A DNA stretch of 10,400 bases from Candidatus Fraserbacteria bacterium. Lineage in GTDB: Bacteria > Bipolaricaulota > Bipolaricaulia > RBG-16-55-9. A program made the position numbers and the translations under genes. The notes beneath the pieces are model-generated. The model was not told the DNA's origin, searched no databases, and worked only from the letters and a program-made list of their open reading frames with translations. The stretch is taken from contig JBBIOR010000035.1 of NCBI GenBank assembly GCA_037443265.1, positions 1 to 10,400 of the forward strand. Reading direction: 5' to 3'. This document shows, one piece after another, positions 1 through 6,819 of the stretch (its first letter is position 1; each line of letters opens with the position of its first letter).

Positions 1-839
1 TACGAGATCGTGTGATGCGGCGAGCGGAACGGCCTCTGAGTGATAAGCGGAGCCTCGCGGGTGAGCAGCCCCAGGATGCTGTAGATCTGCGTCACTTCCA
101 GGGCCTCTTCGAAGCTGAGCTGGGGCAGGATCGTGGGAAGGCGCTTGGCGAGCATGCTCTTGCCCGAGCCAGGCGGGCCAATCATCAGGAGATTATGCCC
201 TCCGGCGGCGGCGACCTCCAGGGCCCGCTTGGCCTGCTCCTGGCCGCGGATCTCGTTCATGTCGACGTCATACTGCTGGCGCGCTTGAAAATACCCCTGA
301 TGATCGAACTCGTGGGGCACAAGCTCCAACTGGCCGTCCAAGAACGAAATGGCCTCCTCGAGGGTGCTTACGCCGTAGACGTTCAGGCCCTTCACGATGG
401 CCCCCTCACTCGCGTTGCCCTGGGGCAGGACTATCCCACGCACTCCGGCCCGTCGGGCGGCCAGAGCCGTGGGCAGCGCCCCTCTCACCGGATGCACCTC
501 GCCGTTGAGCGAAAGCTCTCCTAAGATCAAATGATCCTCCAAGCGCTCGCCCTCCAGCTGCTGGGTGGCCTTTAAAATCGCCAACGCCAGAGGCAGATCC
601 AGCCCCACTCCCTCCTTCTTGATGTCCGCGGGGGCCAGATTCACCGTGATCCGCTTGGCCGGAAACTCATAGCCCGAGTTACGGATGGCGCTTCTGATGC
701 GCTCGCGACTCTCCTGGACCTCTTTCTCCGGCAGCCCCACGATCGTAAACGAGGGCAACCCTGGCGAGATGTCACACTGCACTTCCACTAAGGCGGCCTC
801 AATGCCGATGACGGCCCCGCTGAGAGCTTTGGCAAACAT
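1..839 (-). CDS. comM: YifB/ComM family Mg-chelatase-like AAA+ ATPase, N-terminal ~279 codons, truncated by window edge
   Basis: Not in the ORF track because it has no stop in the window; translated by hand from ATG at 839: [77 protein letters not shown]...[26 protein letters not shown]...[11 protein letters not shown]. These are the hallmark ComM/YifB motifs, including Walker A. The start lies 2 nt after the yraN stop, with a GAGGG SD-like sequence upstream. Confidence 0.95.
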   Translation of the reverse strand, partial: MFAKALSGAVIGIEAALVEVQCDISPGLPSFTIVGLPEKEVQESRERIRSAIRNSGYEFPAKRITVNLAPADIKKEGVGLDLPLALAILKATQQLEGERLEDHLILGELSLNGEVHPVRGALPTALAARRAGVRGIVLPQGNASEGAIVKGLNVYGVSTLEEAISFLDGQLELVPHEFDHQGYFQARQQYDVDMNEIRGQEQAKRALEVAAAGGHNLLMIGPPGSGKSMLAKRLPTILPQLSFEEALEVTQIYSILGLLTREAPLITQRPFRSPHHTIS

Positions 840-841
840 CT

Positions 842-1192
842 TCAACCCTCAAGCGAGAAGGCGTCCTTGTGGAGGCGAGCTCGCCCGCGGGAGAAGGCCA
901 CCACATCGAAGCGCACATCGAGCGCGGTGGGATGCTCTGCCAGATACTTCTGGGCCGTGCGGATGAGCTTCTGGCGCTTGGATCTGTCAATAAATTCCTC
1001 GGGCAAGCCGAAGGCTTCGGAGCTTCGGGCCTTCACCTCCACGAACACTAAATACCCACCCTCCCGCGCGATCAGATCGATCTCTCCTCCCCGCCAGCGG
1101 TAGTTTTCCGCCACGATCTGATAGCCACAGCTTCTCAAGAAATCCGCTGCTTGGGCCTCGGCCCGCTTGCCACGCTCGAGTGCTCTGGCCAT
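842..1192 (-). CDS. yraN: YraN family (UPF0102) PD-(D/E)XK-like nuclease, 116 aa
   Basis: Motifs [47 protein letters not shown] and RFDVVA are typical of YraN; it sits in its common position directly upstream of comM. Confidence 0.93.
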   Translation of the reverse strand: MARALERGKRAEAQAADFLRSCGYQIVAENYRWRGGEIDLIAREGGYLVFVEVKARSSEAFGLPEEFIDRSKRQKLIRTAQKYLAEHPTALDVRFDVVAFSRGRARLHKDAFSLEG

Positions 1193-1216
1193 AATGACCC
1201 AACCCGAAGGTGTCTC

Positions 1217-1246
1217 ATCTTATCGAGTGGGCTTGGGAACTGTCAA
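1217..1246 (-). promoter_or_regulatory. Predicted sigma70-type promoter for yraN-comM
   Basis: Minus strand reads TTGACA (1246-1241, perfect -35), an 18-nt spacer, then TAAGAT (1222-1217); located in the 68-nt gap upstream of the yraN ATG. Confidence 0.65.
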
Positions 1247-1260
1247 GCCTTCCTGACCCT

Positions 1261-2820
1261 TTAGCCGCCTCCCGACGGCGGCTGCTGTGGGGGCTTGGGA
1301 GAGGGCGGCGGTGGCTCCTCGGCCACGTTGGTGCCGTGTCGATTGTTCTCTAAGCGATTTTCAATTAAGCGATTGTCCACGGATTGATAGGCGAAGATCC
1401 CAAATTGACCGTCTCGAATCCAGTTCTCGCGGATCACGTTCAGTCCGCCGCCCTCTAGAAAGACCCCTACCCAGTTACCCTGGATCTGATTGCGCTCCAG
1501 AGAGTTCCTTCGGCTGGCTCTAAGATGGACGCCCGACTCGCGATTGCCCATCATTTGATTCTCTATCAACTGATTGTCCTGAGAGTCTTGCAGAAGCACC
1601 CCATGTGCTCCGCTGTTCATCAGAATATTTCTCGACAGGCGATTGCCCGAGGAGTGGATCAGAGCGAGGCCGCTCCCTTGGGTGCGCTCCAGGCGATTGC
1701 CTGCGATCTCGTTCTGGGATGAGTTCCAAAGATAAATGCCACGAATCGTCTCGGAGAGCACGTTGTTTCGGATGGTGGAGTTTCGCGTGTTGATGAGCAG
1801 AATCCCCTCAGATCCGCGGCCTAAGCTTACGCCCTCGACGGTGATCTTCTCCGAATCTATGAGGGCGACGAAGCTGGGCTGGTCCTTGGCGCTGATCGTG
1901 AGATTGCGCTCTTTCACAAGATAATAGACGGCTTTTGCGTCGATGGTGTTAGTGCGCTCGATGCGCTGGAGGAAGTGCTCGGGTGCCTCACCCCAGACGC
2001 GCAGGCCATAGTCATTGCGTTCGAGGCGGTTGGCGCGCAGCCGATTGCCCTGGGAGGATAAAATGAGCAAGCCAAAGGAGTTGCGCCCGCTCGTGTTTTC
2101 TATCAGCTCATTGCGATGGGAGGCTTCGAGGAGGAGCCCTTCTTGGGGGTGGGCGAGGATGCGATTGGCGTAGAGGGTGTTCTCGTGGGAGTTTTTCAAT
2201 ACAACTCCGCGGCTGTTGTTCTGGACGAGATTAGAGAGGAGGCGATTGCGGCTGGCGTCTTCTAATAGAATGCCCGTCTCGTTTTGGGAGATTTCATTTT
2301 GGGAGAGGGTGATCTCGGAGGCGTTTTGGAGGGTGATGGCGGCGTGGGCGCTTTGCGAGATGCGATTGTTGATAATAGAGACGCGTCGGGCGTTGGTGAT
2401 GAGGATGGCTGGGGTGCCGCCGCGGATTTGGAGGCCGCGGAGTTCGACGCCTTCGGAGCGGATTTCGATGGCCGGCCGCTGGGAATCGGCGGCACTGATA
2501 GTCACAGTTTTCGGGGGAGCTGCGAAGATCGCGAAAGATGAGCGCTCGGAACCCGCTTGAGTGAAGCGAACCAGCATGAAATTGCCAGAACGAACTAGCA
2601 AGCGAATCGGCTTCGTAATGAGAAGATTCTCGCGGAATTCTCCGCCCACTAGGAGCACTGTGCATCCGGGTTGTGCTGCTTGGATAGCGCTTTGCAATTT
2701 GGGATAAGCTGTACCCGGGCCAGCTAGAAGACAGACTGGCGTAGTGAGCATGGCCATCACGCCTAACATGAATAAAGATGCCGTGATGACAATGAGTATC
2801 AACCGCGTATCTTCTCCCAT
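1261..2820 (-). CDS. Secreted or membrane-anchored right-handed parallel beta-helix repeat protein (NosD/CASH/PbH1-like), 519 aa
   Basis: N-terminal hydrophobic segment (LILIVITASLFMLGVMAML); YPKLQSAIQAAQPGCTVLL pectin-lyase-type cap; many G-I/V-x-L-xx-S-xx-N-x-I/L-xx-N coil repeats; Pro-rich C-terminus; GGGGGGT SD-like sequence 10 nt upstream of ATG. No nos genes nearby, so not called nosD. Confidence 0.85.
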   Translation of the reverse strand: MGEDTRLILIVITASLFMLGVMAMLTTPVCLLAGPGTAYPKLQSAIQAAQPGCTVLLVGGEFRENLLITKPIRLLVRSGNFMLVRFTQAGSERSSFAIFAAPPKTVTISAADSQRPAIEIRSEGVELRGLQIRGGTPAILITNARRVSIINNRISQSAHAAITLQNASEITLSQNEISQNETGILLEDASRNRLLSNLVQNNSRGVVLKNSHENTLYANRILAHPQEGLLLEASHRNELIENTSGRNSFGLLILSSQGNRLRANRLERNDYGLRVWGEAPEHFLQRIERTNTIDAKAVYYLVKERNLTISAKDQPSFVALIDSEKITVEGVSLGRGSEGILLINTRNSTIRNNVLSETIRGIYLWNSSQNEIAGNRLERTQGSGLALIHSSGNRLSRNILMNSGAHGVLLQDSQDNQLIENQMMGNRESGVHLRASRRNSLERNQIQGNWVGVFLEGGGLNVIRENWIRDGQFGIFAYQSVDNRLIENRLENNRHGTNVAEEPPPPSPKPPQQPPSGGG

Positions 2821-2854
2821 GGGATTCTTGACCCCCCGTTAGATTCTTAAGTGG

Positions 2855-3017
2855 AAAAGCCGCAGGGTCGGTGACGGCCATCACGGCGAGGGGGAATTCT
2901 CTGTCAATGGATCACAGAGCGGATATAGCGGATCAACGGGCTGCAGCCCATCCGATTAGCCGCTATCTCATCCACCGACAGACCCTTCCGTGACCGGGAT
3001 CACTGCCCTGCTGCCCC
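2855..3017 (-). ncRNA. Candidate structured RNA or long imperfect palindromic element (~160 nt)
   Basis: Nested complementary blocks centred on GGGCTGCAGCCC (2938-2949); several plus-strand A.C mismatches become G-U pairs on the minus strand; a short U-tract follows the closing stem. Family not recognised. Confidence 0.45.
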
Positions 3018-3023
3018 AATTCG

Positions 3024-3032
3024 TGTTAAAAT
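3024..3032 (+). promoter_or_regulatory. Predicted extended -10 promoter (TGnTAAAAT) for the 3042 gene
   Basis: TG-T-TAAAAT at 3024-3032, 9 nt upstream of ATG 3042; no convincing -35 or SD. Confidence 0.55.
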
Positions 3033-3041
3033 GATCAGACC

Positions 3042-3800
3042 ATGCGTATGATCCGATGGAGCTGGAGCGTGCAGTGGGCCGTGGCGCTGTTGATTCTGCT
3101 GGGGGCGACTACCCCCGCTCAAACAGAAAAGTTCTCGGATAGCTTCCACAACACCACCCTGGATGCTACTCACTGGCTCGTGGCCCGAATCAACGTCCAA
3201 GGGGAAGCCACGCCCACCGCCGAGGGCCTACGCCTCTCCTTAAGCAGCCGCAATCGGAGCCGCTTTTTTGCTATCACCGTCTGGCTGAACTGCCGCATCC
3301 CCGCAGACTTCGAGGCCCAGGTGGCCTATCGCCTAGTCGATTGGCCCCCGGCCAGCGGCATCCGGCTAGGATTGGGAGTCTCGCCCAACCGGCTCGCTTT
3401 GCCGCTAGCCTCCACCAGCCTCCACGGAACCACCGGAGACGCCGCGGGGCTGCTCGTTCTCATCTCCGAGCGGATCAGCCTCCGCCCCGAAGAGAACTCC
3501 AGCCAGCCCAACGGCGGGGAGTTCTATCTTTCGGAGTTCAATGGCTGGACGAATAGATTCTTCCCCACCCTAGATCGAGACGGGAGACTCAGGATCACTC
3601 GGCTAGGGAACAACTTCACCAGTTGGTATTGGGACAAGGGTGGCCGCCTATGGATCCCCACGGGCCAGTGGAGCCTCAACCCCGAGGTGCGCTATGAGGG
3701 CTGGGTTGCTCTCCAGCTCTGGGGGCATGAGGAGAGCCCCAAGGTCTCGCTGCTCTTGGAAGAGTTTTCGCTGAGCGCCCAGGGACTCAGTTGCCCTTAG
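3042..3800 (+). CDS. Secreted hypothetical protein, probable concanavalin-A-like beta-sandwich fold, 252 aa
   Basis: Signal peptide (RWSWSVQWAVALLILLGATTPA|Q); segments FSDSFHNTTLDATHW, ADFEAQVAYRL and RLRITRLGNNFTSWY..W resemble ConA-like lectin/DUF1349/GH43 C-terminal domains. Fold assignment is by eye. Alternative start ATG 3048. Confidence 0.7.
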   Translation: MRMIRWSWSVQWAVALLILLGATTPAQTEKFSDSFHNTTLDATHWLVARINVQGEATPTAEGLRLSLSSRNRSRFFAITVWLNCRIPADFEAQVAYRLVDWPPASGIRLGLGVSPNRLALPLASTSLHGTTGDAAGLLVLISERISLRPEENSSQPNGGEFYLSEFNGWTNRFFPTLDRDGRLRITRLGNNFTSWYWDKGGRLWIPTGQWSLNPEVRYEGWVALQLWGHEESPKVSLLLEEFSLSAQGLSCP

Positions 3801-5481
3801 TCGGTTGCATGTGCTTGAGCTCAATGATTCTCTCGGCAATCTCTTTGAAGATCGGCCCGGCCGTCTGGCCGCCATAATAATATTTTGTGCCCACCTCATC
3901 GAGCACCACCAGGATCACATACTGGGGGTCGGAGGCCGGAAAGAACCCCGCAAACAGCGACGTGTATTTGCCTTTCACGTACCCTTGGCCGGGGACGGCC
4001 TTCTGGCCGGTGCCCGACTTGGCCGCGATCTCAAACCCGTCTATCTGGGCCAAGATGCCGGTTCCCTCTTCGACCACGAGCTTCATCATATCGATGAGCG
4101 CCTGAAGATTGGCGGGCGACGCGATCGGCCCATCTATGTTGTCTGCAGGGCTGGGAAGATAGCCATCGCTGGAAGAAGAGATGATGGCTCTTACGATCTG
4201 GGGCCTCTTGAGCCGGCCTCCGTTGGCCAGCGCCGCATATCTAGAGATGAGCTGCACGCCCGTCACCGCAATCCGCTGGCCGATGGCCACAGCCCCAATA
4301 TCCAGCGCTGACCAGTCTCTAAGAGGTGGAAGTACGCCAGATTCCTCGCCGGGAAGCTGTAGGCCCGTCTTCTCCCCAAAGCGCAAGCGGCTCAAAAACT
4401 CATAAAGCTTCTCCTCGCCCAGTCTCAGGGCCACGCGGATCATGGCCGTGTTGATCGAGTCCTTCAGGATCTGGGCCGGGGTGACGGGGCCATAATTGCG
4501 ATCCTCTGAGTTGTGGAAGCTGTGTCCTGCGATCACCACCGGCTCGTTTCCGTCAAAGCGTTCATTCAAGCCGATGGCTCCGGCTTCGAGGGCCGCCAGC
4601 ATGGTAAAGACTTTAAAAGAGGAGCCCGGCTCGAAGAGCAGGCTCACCGCGAGATTCTTGCGCTCCCCAGGCGAGGAGCGTGTGAACTCGTTCAGGTCGT
4701 ATGTCTTGTCTTGAGCCATGGCTAAGATCTCGCCCGTCTTAGGATCCATGACGATGGCCAAGCCCGCTTTGGCCGCATTGCGGCGGACGCCCTCCTGGAT
4801 GGCTTGCTCCGTGATGTATTGGATACGGGCGTCTAGCGCAAGATACAGATCTGCTCCCGCAGAGCCTGGCTCTATGAGAGTGTCAGCCAGACGAGTGCCG
4901 TCCGCCGCCAGCGCGAGCTGGCGCTTCTCCTCGCGCCCGCGCAAGATCTCATCCCAGGAGAGCTCGATCCCCTCGAGGCCGTGGTTGTCCACTCCGGCAA
5001 AGCCGATTATGTTCGAGGCCAGGCTCCCTTGAGGATAGACGCGCTTCCACTCCGGAATGAAGATCAGCCCCCGGATGCCCTGAGAGGCGGCTTCGTCCTT
5101 GAGCCTTTCGGCAAGAGTAGGCTCGACCTTGCGGGCGATCCACGTGAAATACCCGGGCCGATAGATGAGCTCTTTGGCTTTGGAAGAGGAGAGCTTGAGA
5201 TGGCGCTGGAGCAGGATCTCCAGAAGCTCGGGCCGGGTCATATGGAAATTGTCGAGGGCGATGGAGATCGCCCGCACGTCGAAGGCGAGCAGCCAGCCCT
5301 CTCGATCGTAGATGCGCCCACGGGGCTGGCTCTGGATCAGCTCGCGCACGTGGATCTGATTGGCCGCCTCCCTCCAGCGGCCATGCTCCAAGATCTGAAT
5401 CTCTACGAGCTTGGCGGCCACCGTGACGAAGAGCAGGGCTAACAGCCCCACTGCGAAGAGGAGGCGCCTTCTTTGAATCAT
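3787..5481 (-). CDS. ftsI: Class B penicillin-binding protein (FtsI/PBP3-type peptidoglycan transpeptidase), 564 aa
   Basis: N-terminal TM helix; RGRIYDREG, KRVYPQG and GLEGIE dimerisation-domain motifs; active-site SxxK (EPGSSFK), SxN (DSINT) and K(T/S)G (KSGTGQK); downstream of rsmH-ftsL with an ATGA overlap at 5478-5481; no PASTA domains. Confidence 0.93.
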   Translation of the reverse strand: MIQRRRLLFAVGLLALLFVTVAAKLVEIQILEHGRWREAANQIHVRELIQSQPRGRIYDREGWLLAFDVRAISIALDNFHMTRPELLEILLQRHLKLSSSKAKELIYRPGYFTWIARKVEPTLAERLKDEAASQGIRGLIFIPEWKRVYPQGSLASNIIGFAGVDNHGLEGIELSWDEILRGREEKRQLALAADGTRLADTLIEPGSAGADLYLALDARIQYITEQAIQEGVRRNAAKAGLAIVMDPKTGEILAMAQDKTYDLNEFTRSSPGERKNLAVSLLFEPGSSFKVFTMLAALEAGAIGLNERFDGNEPVVIAGHSFHNSEDRNYGPVTPAQILKDSINTAMIRVALRLGEEKLYEFLSRLRFGEKTGLQLPGEESGVLPPLRDWSALDIGAVAIGQRIAVTGVQLISRYAALANGGRLKRPQIVRAIISSSSDGYLPSPADNIDGPIASPANLQALIDMMKLVVEEGTGILAQIDGFEIAAKSGTGQKAVPGQGYVKGKYTSLFAGFFPASDPQYVILVVLDEVGTKYYYGGQTAGPIFKEIAERIIELKHMQPTKGN

Positions 5482-5819
5482 GGCTCCCTTGGGGGGATAT
5501 GCAGATATTTGGGCTTGGGGTGAATCATGCCCAGTCTTTGCGTCGCGATCTCTTCGAGGCGCTTAAGCGAGAAGGCCCGGGCCACCTCCAAGGTGAGGCG
5601 ATCGCGCTCGGTCTGGAGCCTCTCGAGCCGGGCTTGGGCTTTATGGAGCTCATTGAGCCAGTAGATCCACTGCCAAGACTGCCATAAATAAAAGAGCGCC
5701 AGCGCCGCAAGCAGCAGAAGCGCAAGAATAGCCAGTAGGCGCTTCGGGGTCCAGAAGCGCTCACCTGTGCCCGTAGCCACGAGGGAGCGATCTCTCCCGC
5801 GAGGATGATCATAAATCAT
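5478..5819 (-). CDS. ftsL: Cell division protein FtsL-like (TM helix plus coiled coil), 113 aa
   Basis: Short cytoplasmic N-terminus, single TM helix, heptad coiled coil (LNELHKAQARLERLQTERDRLTLE) and SLKRLEEIATQRLGMIHP, the FtsL C-terminal motif; canonical position between rsmH and ftsI. Confidence 0.85.
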   Translation of the reverse strand: MIYDHPRGRDRSLVATGTGERFWTPKRLLAILALLLLAALALFYLWQSWQWIYWLNELHKAQARLERLQTERDRLTLEVARAFSLKRLEEIATQRLGMIHPKPKYLHIPPREP

Positions 5820-5886
5820 GCCGGCTTCACTCTAATGAAGGGGGCTTGCGCTCTGAAGGACGGGCGTCTCTTGCGGAGGGCGCGAG

Positions 5887-6819
5887 TTAGAGCTTGCGTG
5901 CCGCCCGCAGGCGCGCGCTCCGCGCCCGCGGGTTGTTTGCCAATTCTTCCGGAGAAGGAGTGGCCTCCCCCAAAATTTCTGCCTCCGGAGTCCGTCCGCA
6001 CTGACACAGAGGCATCTGCGGTGGACAGAGGCAGCCGCGCGCCTTCTCTTTCAGGAAGCGCTTCACGATGCGATCCTCCAGCGAGTGGAACGAGATCGCC
6101 ACCAGCCGGCCTCCGGATCTTAAGCGTCGGAAAGCCGCCTCCAGCCCCTCGGCGAGATTTCCCAGCTCATCGTTGACGGCGATGCGCAGGGCCTGAAAGA
6201 CCCGCGTGGCCGGATGGATCTTTCGAAGATATCTGCGCTGGGCGGGCTTCGGAATGGCCTCCTCGATGAGAGAGACGAGCTGCTCCGTCGTCTCAATGGG
6301 GGCCTGCTGGCGGGCGTGCACGATCTCAGCCGCAATGCGCGCGGCAAAGCGCTCCTCGCCATAGGCCCTGAAAATCTTGCTGAGCTCTTCCCGCGAGTAC
6401 TCATTGACGATCGCCCCCGCTGTAAGCGGATTATTCTCCGGGTCAAAGCGCATATCCAACGGCGCATCCCGCTGAAAACTGAAGCCGCGTCTTTCATCGG
6501 CCAGCTGGAGCGAGGAGAGCCCCAGATCGAAGAGCACCCCCTCGATCTGGGTGATGCCCAGCTCATCCAGCACTCTCTCCAGTTCCCTATAATTGGCGTG
6601 GATCAGCTCCACCCGATCGAGATGCCCTTTGAGGGTCTGGCGGGCCGTCTCGAGTGCAAAAGGATCCAGATCGAGCCCGATCAAGCGCCCTCCTTGCAGC
6701 TTTCGCGCGATCTCCAGGGCGTGGCCGCCGCCGCCCACCGTCGCATCCACATAGATGCCATCGGGTTGAAGATCTAAAAACTCGAGCGCTTCCCAGAGGA
6801 GCACCGGCTGATGCTTCAT
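5887..6819 (-). CDS. rsmH: 16S rRNA (cytosine-1402-N4)-methyltransferase RsmH/MraW, 310 aa
   Basis: HQPVLL, DATVGGGGHA, DLGLSSLQL, RGFSF, PLDMR, HPATRVFQALRIAVNDEL, ISFHSLEDRIVK and NPRARSARLR. Confidence 0.98.
   Translation of the reverse strand: MKHQPVLLWEALEFLDLQPDGIYVDATVGGGGHALEIARKLQGGRLIGLDLDPFALETARQTLKGHLDRVELIHANYRELERVLDELGITQIEGVLFDLGLSSLQLADERRGFSFQRDAPLDMRFDPENNPLTAGAIVNEYSREELSKIFRAYGEERFAARIAAEIVHARQQAPIETTEQLVSLIEEAIPKPAQRRYLRKIHPATRVFQALRIAVNDELGNLAEGLEAAFRRLRSGGRLVAISFHSLEDRIVKRFLKEKARGCLCPPQMPLCQCGRTPEAEILGEATPSPEELANNPRARSARLRAARKL

Noticed and set aside
12..524. 170-aa plus-strand ORF and other plus-strand ORFs at 685-1103
   Set aside because: Antisense shadows of comM and yraN, which carry clear family motifs.
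1261..2820. Calling the beta-helix gene nosD or a tandem DNA repeat
   Set aside because: No nosZ, nosF or nosY context; the repeats are degenerate protein-level coils, not DNA repeats.
2294..2884. 196-aa minus-strand ORF starting inside the hairpin region, a possible leader peptide or overlapping gene
   Set aside because: Out-of-frame overlap with the beta-helix gene; Arg/His/Pro-rich composition typical of a GC-rich alternate frame; no SD.
2752..2885. 10-bp direct repeat GGCCATCACG (2752-2761 and 2876-2885)
   Set aside because: Only two copies, one inside coding sequence; not flanking an element as a target-site duplication would; compatible with chance.
2902..2907. Perfect TTGACA on the minus strand upstream of the beta-helix gene
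   Set aside because: No acceptable -10 at 16-18 nt spacing (CGTGAT/GTGATG/TGATGG), and the hexamer is explained as part of the 13-bp helix.
4000..4020. KSGTGQK instead of KTGTAQK in FtsI
   Set aside because: K(S/T)G is within normal PBP motif variation.
5998..6033. CLCPPQMPLCQC cysteine cluster in RsmH
   Set aside because: A CxCP...CxC insert is common in RsmH from many lineages; not novel.
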